Assembly: GCA_003220685.1 (NCBI GenBank)
Contig: QHTE01000046.1
Coordinates: 51,184 to 115,183 of the forward strand
Source of the DNA: Candidatus Rokuibacteriota bacterium
GTDB lineage: Bacteria > Methylomirabilota > Methylomirabilia > Rokubacteriales > CSP1-6
Reading direction: 5' to 3'
Length of the DNA: 64,000 bases
The translations under genes were made by a program, and so were the position numbers. This document shows, in pieces, positions 1 to 10,154 of the stretch. The number at the start of each line of letters is the position of its first letter. Position 1 is the stretch's first letter. Under the pieces are notes generated by a model. It saw only the letters and a program-made list of their open reading frames with translations. It did not search any database and was not told the origin of the DNA.

Positions 1-84
1 CGAGTAGAACGTCTCGGCGCCCCAGTGCCCCGATTTCTGGTAGCGCGCGATGAGGTCGTCGGTGAGCCTGGTCTCGAACTTCAT
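1..84 (-). CDS. 5' fragment (28 codons, runs off the window start) of a gene immediately downstream of livF, N-terminus MKFETRLTDDLIARYQKSGHWGAETFY; possibly an AMP-dependent synthetase/ligase
   Basis: ATG at 84 on the minus strand, 22 nt after the livF stop. The reading frame is open to position 1. The N-terminal motif is only weakly reminiscent of acyl-CoA ligases. Confidence 0.3.
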   Translation of the reverse strand, partial: MKFETRLTDDLIARYQKSGHWGAETFYS

Positions 85-106
85 GGCGATGCCTCCAGCT
101 TACCCG

Positions 107-814
107 TCAGCCGCCGAGATAAGCGGCCTTGACGTGCGGGCTCTCGCGGAGCGCGGCCGCCGGGCCGCTCAGCACGATGCGCCCGGTCTCCATCACGTAC
201 GCGCGGGCGGCGACGGCCAGCGCCATCCGCGCATTCTGTTCCACCAGCAAGACCGCGACCTTCCGGTCCCGGTTGATCGACTCCACGATCGTCCGGATCT
301 CGCGGACGACCAGCGGGGCCAGACCGAACGACGGCTCGTCGAGCACCAGCAGGGTCGGGCTCGACATCAGCGCGCGGCCGATCGTGAGCATCTGCTGCTC
401 GCCGCCGCTGAGCGTGCCGGCGAGCTGGCGCCGGCGCTCGCCCAGGCGCGGGAACCGCTCGAGGACTTCGGCGAGCGTGCGCTCGATCGCCTGGCCGTCG
501 CGCCGGCGGTACGCGCCCATCCGGAGATTCTCGAGGACCGTCATCTGCGGAAAGAGCCGCCGTCCCTCGGGCGCGTGCGAGAGACCCAGGGTCACGATGC
601 GGTGCGCGCGCCATCTCGAGATGTCGACGCCGCGGAAGACGATTCGCCCGCCGCTCGGCCGGACGAGCCCCGAGAGCGCGCGCAGGGTCGAGGTCTTGCC
701 GGCGCCGTTGGGGCCGATGATCGCGACGATCTCGCCTTCGTGCACGGTGACCGACACGCCATCGACGGCGGCGACGTTGCCGTAATGGACCGTGAGGTCG
801 GCCAGCTCAAGCAC
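107..814 (-). CDS. livF: Branched-chain amino acid ABC transporter ATP-binding protein LivF
   Basis: 235 aa with Walker A GPNGAGKT, ABC signature LSGGEQQ and Walker B LLVLDEP. It is the last gene of a liv-type operon and overlaps livG by 8 nt. Confidence 0.9.
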   Translation of the reverse strand: MLELADLTVHYGNVAAVDGVSVTVHEGEIVAIIGPNGAGKTSTLRALSGLVRPSGGRIVFRGVDISRWRAHRIVTLGLSHAPEGRRLFPQMTVLENLRMGAYRRRDGQAIERTLAEVLERFPRLGERRRQLAGTLSGGEQQMLTIGRALMSSPTLLVLDEPSFGLAPLVVREIRTIVESINRDRKVAVLLVEQNARMALAVAARAYVMETGRIVLSGPAAALRESPHVKAAYLGG

Positions 815-1574
815 CCGGCTCCTCCGCGCCCAGGTAGGCCTCGATCACCACCGCGTTCGTCTGGATCTCGCGCGGCGTGCCCTCGGCGATGCGGACGCCG
901 TGATCGAGCACGGTCACGGTGTCGCAGACGCCCATGACCGCCTTCATGTCGTGCTCGACCAGGAGTACCGTGACGCTCTGCTCGGCGAGCCGCCTGAGGA
1001 CGGCGGTTGTCTCGGCCTTCTCGTGATCGGTGAGCCCGGCCAGCGGCTCGTCGAGGATGACGAGCTCGGCCCCGGTGGCGAGCGCCATCGCGAGCGCGAG
1101 CGCCTTCTGGTCGCGGTGTGGGAGCTGGCCGGCCACCTGGCCCGCGACCGCGCCGAGGCCGAGCGACGTCAGCAACGCGTGCGCGCGCTCGCGCGCCCGT
1201 CGCTCGCGCTCCCGATAGGCCCGCGACCAGAGGAGCGCCGGTACGAGCCCCGGAGCAGCCAGGAGATGGGCGCCGACGAGCACGTTCTGGAGCACCGTGT
1301 ACTCCCGGAAGAGCGCCGTCGCCTGGAACGTCCGCGCGATGCCGCGCCGGCAGATCTCCGACGGGCGGAGCTCGGAGATTCGCTCGCGCTTGTAGCGGAT
1401 CTCGCCGGCGGTCAAGGGGATGACGCCGGTGATCAGGTTGAAGACCGTGCTCTTGCCGGCCCCGTTGGGACCGATGAGGCCGTGGATCGAGCCGGGCATG
1501 ACCGTCATCGAAAGATCGGCGACGGCATGCAGGCCGCCGAAGCGCCGTGAGACTCGTCGAAGCTCAAGGAGCAA
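807..1574 (-). CDS. livG: Branched-chain amino acid ABC transporter ATP-binding protein LivG
   Basis: 255 aa with GPNGAGKST and the LivG-type extended C-terminus. It overlaps livM. Confidence 0.9.
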   Translation of the reverse strand: MLLELRRVSRRFGGLHAVADLSMTVMPGSIHGLIGPNGAGKSTVFNLITGVIPLTAGEIRYKRERISELRPSEICRRGIARTFQATALFREYTVLQNVLVGAHLLAAPGLVPALLWSRAYRERERRARERAHALLTSLGLGAVAGQVAGQLPHRDQKALALAMALATGAELVILDEPLAGLTDHEKAETTAVLRRLAEQSVTVLLVEHDMKAVMGVCDTVTVLDHGVRIAEGTPREIQTNAVVIEAYLGAEEPGA

Positions 1575-2559
1575 GGCCGGCTCCCGCGGGTGCCGTCGCC
1601 TGCCGGCGGCGTCTCCGGAGCAGGCGGCGGGCCGCGCTGGGAAGCGCCACGAGGCCCTCGGGCGCGAAGAGCATCGTCAGGATGAGGACAGCGCCGAAGA
1701 CGAGGATCTCGTAGTGGTGGAGCTCGCGCAGGAGCTCCGAGGCGATCGTCATCAAGATCGTTCCGACCGCCGGCCCCCACACGCTCCCCGTGCCGCCGAT
1801 CACCGTGAACACGACCAGCAGCACCATCGGCTCCAGTCCGAAATCACTGGAGTGCAGGACCTGGCGGAAGTGGGCGAAGAAGACGCCGGCGAGCCCGGCG
1901 ACGAAGCTGCCGAGGACGAAGGCCGTCAGCTTGTACCGGAAGACGTTCACGCCCAGGGTTTCGGCCACCAGGTCGGCCTGACGGATCGCGCCCGCGGTGA
2001 GGCCGAATCGCGAGTAGTCGAGACGGACGAGGGCCAGCACCACCACGACGCACATCACGGCCATCAGCCCGTAGAGCGCGAGCTTGCTGTCGAAGGCCAG
2101 CCCGAGCACCCGGCCGGGCTTGGGAATCCCCACCAGGCCCGAGGGGCCGCCGAAGAGCCCTTCGAAGAAGTTGTTGAAGAAGAGCCGGACGACCTCGGAG
2201 AAGGCGAATGTGATCAGGAAGTAGTACGGGCCGCTCACGCGAAGCGCGATGCTGCCGATCGGGACGGCCAGCGACGCCGCGACGAGCGCGCCGATCCACA
2301 GCGTGGCCCAGAAGGACAGCCCGGCCCGCGTCACCAGCAGGGCCGACGCGTAGGCGCCGATCCCCATGAAGGAGATGTGCGCCATGTTGATCTGTCCGGT
2401 GCTGATTTGAAGGCGGAAGCTCATCGTCAGGGTGAGGTTCATGAGGATGGTGGTGGCGACGTCGAGGTAGTAGGAGTCGCGCGTGATCAGGGGCAGCGCG
2501 GCGGCCGTCAGCGCGATCAGCGCCACGCCCGCAGCAGGACCCGACACACTACGCTCCAC
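1564..2559 (-). CDS. livM: Branched-chain amino acid ABC transporter permease LivM
   Basis: 331 aa polytopic membrane protein with LivM-family sequence, overlapping livH. Confidence 0.85.
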   Translation of the reverse strand: MERSVSGPAAGVALIALTAAALPLITRDSYYLDVATTILMNLTLTMSFRLQISTGQINMAHISFMGIGAYASALLVTRAGLSFWATLWIGALVAASLAVPIGSIALRVSGPYYFLITFAFSEVVRLFFNNFFEGLFGGPSGLVGIPKPGRVLGLAFDSKLALYGLMAVMCVVVVLALVRLDYSRFGLTAGAIRQADLVAETLGVNVFRYKLTAFVLGSFVAGLAGVFFAHFRQVLHSSDFGLEPMVLLVVFTVIGGTGSVWGPAVGTILMTIASELLRELHHYEILVFGAVLILTMLFAPEGLVALPSAARRLLRRRRRQATAPAGAGLAP

Positions 2560-3409
2560 TGAGCAGCCCCCGCGGCCGCACGAGCAGGACCACGATCACC
2601 ATCAGGAAGCCGAGGATGTTCACGGCGGCGCTTCCCATGAAGAGCGCGCCGAGCCCCTCGACACCCCCCAGAAGGAGGCCGCCGAGGACGGCGCCCGGCA
2701 GGCTCCCCATGCCGCCGACGATAATAATGATGAAGGCCTTGACGACCGGCAGCGCCCCCATCGCCGGGCTCACCGCGAAGAGCGGCGCGAGCAGGCCGCC
2801 GGCGCCTCCGGCCAGCGCGCAACCGACGCCGAAGCCCAGGGCGGAGGCCGCGTCGATGTTGACGCCCTGGAGCGCTGCGGCGTCCGGGTCCTGCGCCACA
2901 GCCCGCATGGCGCGCCCGGGCCGGCTCCAGCGCAAGAAGAGATAGAGGGCCGCGATCAGAACGATCGCGGAGAGGGTCACCACCACCCGCTCGACCGACA
3001 TCACCAGCCCGAAGACGCGCACGACGCCGGAGAACGCGGACGGCACGGGCTTGTCGAGCACGCCGAACGCGAGCTGCGCTCCGGCCTGCATGACCCAGAG
3101 CAGCCCGAGCGACACGATGAAGGCGTTCAGCGCGCGGCCGCGCAGATGGTGGAAGATCAGCCGCTCGGCCGCCACGCCCGCGAGGCCGACCGTGAGGATC
3201 GCCAGGCCCAGGGTCGCGAAGTAGTTCAGGCCGAAGAGGGCGTAGGCGTAGTAGGTGATGTAGCCCCCGAGCATGTAGAACTCGCCGTGGGCGAAGTTGA
3301 TGATCTCGAGGATCGAGAAGATGAGGGTGAGGCCGAGGGCGACCAGCACGTAGACCATCGCCAGGCCGAAGCCGTTGAGCAGCGCCTGGACGAGAAGCTC
3401 GATCGACAC
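2549..3409 (-). CDS. livH: Branched-chain amino acid ABC transporter permease LivH
   Basis: 286 aa polytopic permease of the LivH family. Confidence 0.85.
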   Translation of the reverse strand: MSIELLVQALLNGFGLAMVYVLVALGLTLIFSILEIINFAHGEFYMLGGYITYYAYALFGLNYFATLGLAILTVGLAGVAAERLIFHHLRGRALNAFIVSLGLLWVMQAGAQLAFGVLDKPVPSAFSGVVRVFGLVMSVERVVVTLSAIVLIAALYLFLRWSRPGRAMRAVAQDPDAAALQGVNIDAASALGFGVGCALAGGAGGLLAPLFAVSPAMGALPVVKAFIIIIVGGMGSLPGAVLGGLLLGGVEGLGALFMGSAAVNILGFLMVIVVLLVRPRGLLSGA

Positions 3410-3442
3410 CAGTCGCCCTCGGACCCTAGCGAGGGGCGGGCC

Positions 3443-4639
3443 TCACTTCTTCAGCGCCGCCGGCAGCACCTGCGCGATGTCGACCACCTTGCCGTCGCGG
3501 ATCTCGCTGATGACGACCGGGTAGAGGAACTGCCGGTCGATGCCGTACGTCTCCTTGCCGCCGAGGACCAGCTTGCCCCACACGGTGTCGAAAGGCTTCT
3601 GCGTGAGCGCCGCCAGGACCTTGTCGGTGTCGAGCGAGCGCGCGTCCTGCATGGCCTTGGTGAACACGTCGAAGGCCGCGTAGTTGGCGACGGCGATGAC
3701 GCCGGGCACTTCCTTGTAGCGCTTCTCGTACTCCTCGCCGAAGCGGCGCACGGTCGGGCTGACGAAATCGCTCTTCACGTTGATGTTCGTCGGGCTCCAC
3801 ACGCCCTCGGCCGCGTCCTTGCCGGCGACGCCGATGATCGTGAACGGATTGGTCCCGGCGGTCCAGCCCTTGGCGCCTTTGAAGCCGAGCTCGCGCGCCT
3901 GCTTCAGGATGAGCCCCGCCTCGCCGGCCGGCGCGGCCGCGACGTCGAGCATGTCGGGCTGGGTCGCCAGCATCTTGGTCAGAATGGGATAGAAGTCCTT
4001 GGTACCGCGCTCGTAGTACTCGTCGGCGGCGACCTCGAAGGCGAGCCCCTTGAGCGCCTTCACCACCGCGGTGTTGGTGTCCTTGCCGCTGGTGTCGTTG
4101 GGCGAGATGAGGGCGACGCGCTTGACGGCGGGGTGCTTTTCCTTCACCCAGCGATAGAAGGGCTCGGCGACTTCCCACTGGCTCAGCATCGCGCGGAACG
4201 AATGCGGCTTGTCGGGGCCGAGGTTGTTCGTGCCCCAGCACACGAACGAGAACAGGACCTTCTCGGGCTCGGTCACCGTTTGCACGGCGTTGCAGGTGGC
4301 GCCGACCGCGTTGCCGATGATGTACTTGACCTTGTCCTGGAACACGAGCTTGTTGGCCGCGGTGGCGGCGTCGGCGGCGAGCGCCTTGTGGTCGTAGCTC
4401 ACGAGCTTGATGTGATAGACGTCGTTGCCGACCTTCAGGCCGCCGGCCTTGTTGATCTCGTCGGCCTTCATCTCGGCGCCCCGCACCAGCTCGACGCCGT
4501 ACGACGCCGCGCCGCCCGAGAGCGGGCCCAGCACGCCGATCGTGAGCGTCTTGTCCTGGGCCGCGCCCCGCGTCGCGATGCCGGCCGCCACCAGCGCGAC
4601 CATGGCGATGGTCGCGATGCTCGCTCGGATCCTCATCAT
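3443..4639 (-). CDS. Periplasmic Leu/Ile/Val-type ABC substrate-binding protein (LivJ/LivK family)
   Basis: 398 aa with an N-terminal signal peptide and type I periplasmic binding fold signature (TLTIGVLGPLSGGAASYG). It is the first gene of the minus-strand liv operon. Confidence 0.85.
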   Translation of the reverse strand: MMRIRASIATIAMVALVAAGIATRGAAQDKTLTIGVLGPLSGGAASYGVELVRGAEMKADEINKAGGLKVGNDVYHIKLVSYDHKALAADAATAANKLVFQDKVKYIIGNAVGATCNAVQTVTEPEKVLFSFVCWGTNNLGPDKPHSFRAMLSQWEVAEPFYRWVKEKHPAVKRVALISPNDTSGKDTNTAVVKALKGLAFEVAADEYYERGTKDFYPILTKMLATQPDMLDVAAAPAGEAGLILKQARELGFKGAKGWTAGTNPFTIIGVAGKDAAEGVWSPTNINVKSDFVSPTVRRFGEEYEKRYKEVPGVIAVANYAAFDVFTKAMQDARSLDTDKVLAALTQKPFDTVWGKLVLGGKETYGIDRQFLYPVVISEIRDGKVVDIAQVLPAALKK

Positions 4640-4828
4640 CTCTCCTCCTCCTGATGCGTGTCCGTCGCGCGCTCCCGCTCGGGAGCGCGACGAGTCTCGC
4701 GCGGTCGCGGGCCGTATTCAAGCCCCGCGCGCAGCGAGGCGGCGGCGCGTCTTGACGTGCTCGTGAGGCGCCCCGATAATCCGCGCGTGGCGATCTCGGC
4801 CGGCCCGCGGGGAGCCTTTCGCGAGGAT

Positions 4829-5746
4829 GTGCTCGTCGAGGCGCCGGCGGTCGGTCGGCCGCGACCGTCGGCGGTGCGCCGTCAGGAATCGTGGCTCGCC
4901 TGGGGCCTCCTGACCCCGACGCTCCTGGTCATCCTCTTCCTGGTCGCCTATCCGTTCTTCTCGGCGATCTATCTCAGTTTGCAAGATAAGATGGTCGGCG
5001 CGCCCGGCCGCTTCGTTGGCGTCGCCAACTACCTCGATCTGCTCCGCGACGAGGTGTTCCTGCGCACGGCCTGGAACAGCGTGCTCTACACCGCGGTGGC
5101 GGTCGGCCTCAAGTTCGTGCTCGGGCTCACGATGGCGCTGATCCTCGACCAGCCCCGGCGCCTCAACAACGTCTTCCGTACGCTCCTGTTCGTGCCGTGG
5201 GCGGTGCCGGTCGTCATCGTGGCGCTGAACTGGCGCTGGATCTTCGACGACCTGAGCGGGTTCCTGAACAACTTCCTGATCACGTTCCACGTGACGAGCG
5301 ACATCGTCTCGTGGCTGTCCGACCCGCGGCTGGCGATGGCCTGCGTGATCGCGGTGGTGGTGTGGTCGGGCACGCCGTTCTACTCGATGACGTTCCTGGC
5401 CGGCTTGCAGGCGATTCCGAAGGAGCTCTACGAGGCGGCGGAGATCGACGGCGCCTCGACCCTGCAGCAGTTCTTCTTCGTCACGATCCCGCGGCTCAAG
5501 ACCATCTTCCTGACCACGGTGATGCTCTCGACGATCTGGACGGCCACCAACCTCCAGTTCGTGCTGATCCTCACGAAGGGCGGGCCCGCGAGCCGCACCG
5601 AGATCTTCCCGCACCTCGCGTACACGACGGCGCTCGGCGCCCGCCGGCTCGGGATGGGCGCGGCCATCTCGCTCGTGTTCTTCCCGGTGCTGGTCGTCCT
5701 CATCGTGCTGCTCACCCGGCGCATGCTGCGCTCGGCCGACGAGTAG
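4829..5746 (+). CDS. Carbohydrate ABC transporter permease (MalF/UgpA type)
   Basis: The ORF track begins at 4658, which would leave only 18 bp for divergent promoters opposite the liv binding-protein start at 4639. The N-terminal 57 codons are Arg-rich and low-complexity. I chose the in-frame GTG at 4829; GTG 4874 is also possible. The protein carries the EAA-like permease motif region and six predicted TM segments. Confidence 0.7.
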   Translation: MLVEAPAVGRPRPSAVRRQESWLAWGLLTPTLLVILFLVAYPFFSAIYLSLQDKMVGAPGRFVGVANYLDLLRDEVFLRTAWNSVLYTAVAVGLKFVLGLTMALILDQPRRLNNVFRTLLFVPWAVPVVIVALNWRWIFDDLSGFLNNFLITFHVTSDIVSWLSDPRLAMACVIAVVVWSGTPFYSMTFLAGLQAIPKELYEAAEIDGASTLQQFFFVTIPRLKTIFLTTVMLSTIWTATNLQFVLILTKGGPASRTEIFPHLAYTTALGARRLGMGAAISLVFFPVLVVLIVLLTRRMLRSADE

Positions 5747-5749
5747 GCG

Positions 5750-6595
5750 ATGGTGCGGACGACGTCGGGCTCGCGGCGGATCTTGAAGTGGATCGGGAAC
5801 GGTCTGCTCGTGGTGCTGCTGGTGTGGACGCTCCTGCCGTTCTACTGGATGATCGCGACCTCGCTCAAGGCCGACCGTGAGATCTACGGCTTCGAGGCGA
5901 CGCTCTACCCGCACCGGCCCACCCTGGCCGCCTACGGGCGGTTGTTCGGCACGACGCCGTTCATGAAGTACGTGCGCAACAGCACGATCATCGCGATCGG
6001 CAACACGGTGCTCTCGCTCGCGTTCGGGTGCCTGGGCGCGTACGCGCTGGCTCGGCTGCGCTTCCCGGGCCGCGCGCTGATCGCGCGGGGGCTCGTCGTC
6101 ACCTACCTGGTGCCGCCGGCGCTGCTCTTCATCCCGCTGTTCGCCGTGATGTCGGTGCTTCGGCTCATCGATACTCACCAGGGGCTGATCCTCGCGTACC
6201 TGAGCTTCTCCGTGCCGTTCTCGACGTGGCTGCTGATGGGCTACTTCCGGTCGGTCCCGCTCGAGCTGGAAGAGGCGGCGCTCGTCGACGGCTGCAGCCG
6301 GCTCGGCAGCCTCGTCCGGGTGATCCTGCCGATGTCCCTGCCGGCGCTCGCGGTCGTCACCTTCTTCTCGTTCACCCAGTCGTGGAACGAGTTCCTGTAC
6401 GCGAACGTGTTCGTGAACAGCGTGGAGGTCCGGACGATCACGATGGGGCTCTCGCTGTTCGTCGTCGAGGACGTCTTCTTCTGGGGTCCGATGATGGCCG
6501 CGTCGTTCCTCAGTACCTTGCCGCCGCTCGTCATGTACCTGATCTTCCAGCGCTGGGTCGTCAAGGGCCTGACCCTCGGCGCCGTGAAGGGCTGA
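5750..6595 (+). CDS. Carbohydrate ABC transporter permease (MalG/UgpE type)
   Basis: 281 aa with the conserved EAAxxDGA motif (EEAALVDGCS) of ABC inner-membrane subunits. Confidence 0.85.
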   Translation: MVRTTSGSRRILKWIGNGLLVVLLVWTLLPFYWMIATSLKADREIYGFEATLYPHRPTLAAYGRLFGTTPFMKYVRNSTIIAIGNTVLSLAFGCLGAYALARLRFPGRALIARGLVVTYLVPPALLFIPLFAVMSVLRLIDTHQGLILAYLSFSVPFSTWLLMGYFRSVPLELEEAALVDGCSRLGSLVRVILPMSLPALAVVTFFSFTQSWNEFLYANVFVNSVEVRTITMGLSLFVVEDVFFWGPMMAASFLSTLPPLVMYLIFQRWVVKGLTLGAVKG

Positions 6596-6613
6596 TCACA
6601 CAAGGAGACCCGT

Positions 6614-7936
6614 ATGAGCTCGATGAATCGGCGTGACGTCCTGAAGCTGGCCGGCGCCGCCGGCGTCGCGGCGACGGGCCCGTGGTGGCGGGTCGGCAAG
6701 AGTCACGCCCAGCGGCCGAAGAAGCTCGTCTACTGGCATCTGCCGAACTTCACGCCGCTCGCGGACCAGATCCAGAAGGAGCAGGTGTACGAGTTCGCCA
6801 AGCAGGCCGGGCTCAAGGAGTCCGAGGTGGAGTACGCGGTCGTCGCGAACGAGCAGGCGGCGGCCAAGCTCGCGGCGTCGATCGAAGCAGGCAACCCGCC
6901 GGACGTCATCCGGCTCTACGAGTCGAACGTGCAGTTCTACGGATCGCAGGGTCACCTGCTCGACGTCACCGAGCTCGTCGCGAAGATGCGGCGCGAGCCG
7001 AAGGGCATCTTCGAGTCGAGCATGACCGCGGTCGTGTACAAGGGCCGCGCGCTGGGCGTGCCGCTGGCCGTCAATCCCTGGCCGGTCCACGCCCGGCTCG
7101 ATCTGCTCGAGCAGGCGAAGGTCGAGTACCCGAAGACCTGGGACGAGTTCATCGAGACCAGCAAGAAGATCCAGTCGCCGCCGCGCCTGTACGCGTTCGG
7201 GATGTGCCTCGGCCTCGTCGAGGACACCACCGACAACGTGATGAATCTGCTCTGGTGCTACGGCGGCAAGATGGTCGAGGCCGACAACCGGACGGTGGTC
7301 ATGAACTCGGCGGCGAACGTGGCCGGCGTGAAGGTGATCGAGGCCATGTTCAAGACGCACAAGATCATCCCGCAGGGCGCGATCGGGTGGGACAATTCCG
7401 GCAACAACAAGGCCTACCAGTCGAAGCAGGCGGCGTTCGTGATGAACCCGTCGAGCATCTACGCCTATCTCGACTCGAACGACAAGGATCTGCAGAAGGT
7501 CACCGGGCTCTTCCCGGTGCCGGCCGGCCCCAAGGGCACCGTCAACCAGATCGACACGTGGTCCTACGGCGCGTTCAAGAAAAATCCGTATCCCGACATC
7601 GCGCGTGGGCTCATCGAGTACTTCATGCAGCCCGCGAACTACGACAAGATCATCCAGTCGACCGGCGGCCGCTGGGTGCCGGTCTACAAACGCCTCTTCG
7701 ATTCGCCCTTCTGGCGCGAGAAGCCCGAGTTCAAGCACTTCGTCAACATGGCCGAGACCGGCGTGCCGGTGAGCTACGCGGGCGCGCCGACGCCGGCGGC
7801 CGGCGAGGTGCTCAACACGCACGTGATCCCGAAGATGATCCAGCGGGTGCTTGTCGACAATTGGGAGCCGGCGAAGGCGCTCGAAGAGTGCGACAAGCGG
7901 ATCGTGGAGATTTACTCGAGGTATAACAAGGCGTGA
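6614..7936 (+). CDS. Extracellular solute-binding protein family 1 (sugar ABC transporter) with twin-arginine signal
   Basis: 440 aa with N-terminal MNRRDVLKLAGAAGVAA (TAT motif). It lies downstream of the two permeases. No ATPase gene is in the cluster. Confidence 0.8.
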   Translation: MSSMNRRDVLKLAGAAGVAATGPWWRVGKSHAQRPKKLVYWHLPNFTPLADQIQKEQVYEFAKQAGLKESEVEYAVVANEQAAAKLAASIEAGNPPDVIRLYESNVQFYGSQGHLLDVTELVAKMRREPKGIFESSMTAVVYKGRALGVPLAVNPWPVHARLDLLEQAKVEYPKTWDEFIETSKKIQSPPRLYAFGMCLGLVEDTTDNVMNLLWCYGGKMVEADNRTVVMNSAANVAGVKVIEAMFKTHKIIPQGAIGWDNSGNNKAYQSKQAAFVMNPSSIYAYLDSNDKDLQKVTGLFPVPAGPKGTVNQIDTWSYGAFKKNPYPDIARGLIEYFMQPANYDKIIQSTGGRWVPVYKRLFDSPFWREKPEFKHFVNMAETGVPVSYAGAPTPAAGEVLNTHVIPKMIQRVLVDNWEPAKALEECDKRIVEIYSRYNKA

Positions 7937-7951
7937 CCGCAGGCGGCCGAT

Positions 7952-7974
7952 AAGGGCCCATTTTGCGCGCCCTT
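7952..7974. terminator. Candidate bidirectional hairpin between convergent genes
   Basis: AAGGGC-ccattttgcgc-GCCCTT hairpin between the sugar binding-protein stop (7936) and the peptidase stop (8012). Confidence 0.35.
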
Positions 7975-8011
7975 GAGTCTTCCGCCGGTTAGCGGGGAGT
8001 TCGGAAGTTGG

Positions 8012-10027
8012 CTAGCCGGTGAGGCCGGGGACCAGGTCGGCGCCGACTTCGACCGCTATCGAGGAGCCGGCGAAGTCGCGCGGGCGGTCGATCGGCTGGG
8101 CGGCGCCGCCCAGGTGCTTGGCGAGGAACGCTTCGGTCACCGCGCGGAACGCGATCTGGTTCTGCGGCTTCGAGAAGCCGTGGCCCTCATCCGGGAAGAC
8201 GATGTAGGTCACCGGCACGTTGCGCCGGCGCAGCGCCGTCACCATCTGCTCCGATTCGGCGCGGGTCACACGCACGTCCTTGAGCCCCTGCACGATCAGG
8301 ATCGGCCGGAAGGCACGGTCGATGTGGGTCAGGGGCGAGCGCTCTCGCAGAAACGCCCGGCCTTCCTCGGTGTCCGGATCGCCGATGCGGTTCTTCCAGA
8401 CGCTGAATCCTGGCGCCCAGTAGGGCGGGATCGCCGCCATGAAGGTCAGGAGATTGGCGATGCCGTAGATGTCGACGATGCACGCGAACACCTCCGGCGT
8501 CTTCGTGGCCGCGGTGAGCGCCGCGTAGCCGCCATAGCTGCCGCCGTAGAAGCCGATCCGCTTGGGGTCGGCGATCCCGCGCGCGACCGCCCAGTCGACG
8601 CCGGCGATCAGGTCGTCGTGCATCTTGCCGCCCCACTCGCGATCGGCGGCGGTCACGAAGGCCTTGCCGAAGCCGGTCGAGCCTCGATAGTTGATGCTGA
8701 GCACCGCGTAGCCGCGATTGGCGAGCCACTGGTGGGTGGAATTGAATCCCCACTCGTCCCGGAGATAGGGTCCGCCGTGGATCACCAGAACCATCGGGAG
8801 GTTCTTCGCGTCCGGCGCCGGGCGCGTCAGGTAGCCCTGGATCCTGAGGCCATCCCGGGCCGGGAACGTCACGGGCTCGAGCGGCCGCAAGGGTAGGCCG
8901 TCGAGGCGACGCCGCGCCTTGAAGAGCGGCCGGATCCGCCGCGTGGCCCGATCGTAGAGGACCCATTCCGGGCTCGCGGCATCGTGCTGGACGTGGACCA
9001 TGACCCGGGTCGCGTCGGCGGTGAGGCCGATCAGCTCGACGTCGCCGGACGTCGACGCCTCGATCGCCTTCAGGTCCGCCGCGAAGCTGCGATCGACCAC
9101 CTGCCACCGTCGCCGATCGACCATGGCGCCGGCGGCGAGCGGGTGGCGCGTGACGCGATGGAGCAGGACCCTCGTGATGTCGGCGTCCGGGTTCTCGGCG
9201 AGCACGCGCGCCCGGCGAGTCGCCACGTCCACGGCTACGAGCGCGGCCTTGTCGCGATCCCGCGCGTCGAAGAGGTACAGGGTCTTACCGTCGGCGCTGA
9301 AGTCCAGGACCCGCGTGGCGTCGACGTCGCCGCGCGGGATCGACAGGAAGGGCACCCAGGCCCCGCTCGGCCGGCGCTCGAGCACCTCCACACTGCCGTC
9401 CTTGCGGACGCGGGAGCCGAGTCGCAGCTGGAAGGCGTCGTCCGTGGCGAGCCGCACGAACTGGGAATTCTCGAAGAGGAGTGTCGAATTCCCCGTCACG
9501 ACGTCGATGCGAAAGAGGTCGAAGAATTGCTTGTCGCGCTCGTTGTGGCTGATGAGCATCTCGCTCGGGAAGCGCCGGCTCACCTCCTGCAGCCAGGAGC
9601 GCACGCCACGCAGGGGCGTGAGCGGCACGACCGTGCCGTCGTGGATGTCGACGCTCGAGGCGCGCCAGTTCTCGTCGCCGTCGCGCTCCTCCCAGAAGAC
9701 GACGTGCCGATTCGTGTACGCCCACTGGAAGAAGGAGCCGATCGGGCGATCGGTTACGCGGGTCAGGGGCCGAGCCCCTTTCAGATCGCCGACGGGCGCC
9801 ACCCAGAGGTTGCGCACGCCGTCGACCGGGGCGACGTACGCCACCCACGCGCCGTCGAACGAGAGCTGGGCCCAGGCGACGTCCGGATCGCCGAAGAAGG
9901 TTTCGCGTGGGACGAGCGGGCGAGAGGGCGGCGACTGCGCGTTGGAGAGCCGCGGCAGGATGAGCCCCGCAGTCAGCGATGCGGTACCCACGAGAAAACG
10001 GCGACGGGACGACGGGATCGCGTGCAT
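8012..10027 (-). CDS. S9 family serine peptidase (prolyl oligopeptidase/dipeptidyl aminopeptidase type), TAT-exported
   Basis: The ORF track starts at 10333, but the first about 100 codons are low-complexity. The ATG at 10027 has a GGAGG RBS 5 nt upstream and gives MHAIPSSRRRFLVGTASL (twin-arginine signal). The protein has a beta-propeller region plus an alpha/beta hydrolase domain with GGSYGG (GxSxG) and a DEGHGF histidine motif. Confidence 0.8.
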   Translation of the reverse strand: MHAIPSSRRRFLVGTASLTAGLILPRLSNAQSPPSRPLVPRETFFGDPDVAWAQLSFDGAWVAYVAPVDGVRNLWVAPVGDLKGARPLTRVTDRPIGSFFQWAYTNRHVVFWEERDGDENWRASSVDIHDGTVVPLTPLRGVRSWLQEVSRRFPSEMLISHNERDKQFFDLFRIDVVTGNSTLLFENSQFVRLATDDAFQLRLGSRVRKDGSVEVLERRPSGAWVPFLSIPRGDVDATRVLDFSADGKTLYLFDARDRDKAALVAVDVATRRARVLAENPDADITRVLLHRVTRHPLAAGAMVDRRRWQVVDRSFAADLKAIEASTSGDVELIGLTADATRVMVHVQHDAASPEWVLYDRATRRIRPLFKARRRLDGLPLRPLEPVTFPARDGLRIQGYLTRPAPDAKNLPMVLVIHGGPYLRDEWGFNSTHQWLANRGYAVLSINYRGSTGFGKAFVTAADREWGGKMHDDLIAGVDWAVARGIADPKRIGFYGGSYGGYAALTAATKTPEVFACIVDIYGIANLLTFMAAIPPYWAPGFSVWKNRIGDPDTEEGRAFLRERSPLTHIDRAFRPILIVQGLKDVRVTRAESEQMVTALRRRNVPVTYIVFPDEGHGFSKPQNQIAFRAVTEAFLAKHLGGAAQPIDRPRDFAGSSIAVEVGADLVPGLTG

Positions 10028-10154
10028 CGAGGCCTCCTCCGCCAGGGTCCGCAGGCTAGCACATTCTCCCGACTCGATGTTCCCCGGAACCGCGCGCCCG
10101 GTCCGAGTGTTACGAGTACAATCCCAGGGAGTAACTCTGAGCCAAGGAGGAGCT

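Noticed and set aside
50-4654. Long plus-strand ORFs (50..937, 792..1550, 1420..2562, 2483..4654) overlapping the liv operon
   Set aside because: They are antisense shadow frames of the minus-strand livFGMH and binding-protein genes. Their translations are Arg/Ala/Pro-rich low-complexity with no family resemblance, typical of open alternative frames in high-GC DNA.
4718-7822. Minus-strand ORFs 4718..6178 (486 aa) and 6596..7822 (408 aa)
   Set aside because: Antisense to the well-supported sugar ABC permease and binding-protein genes; the translations are RD/RE-rich junk.
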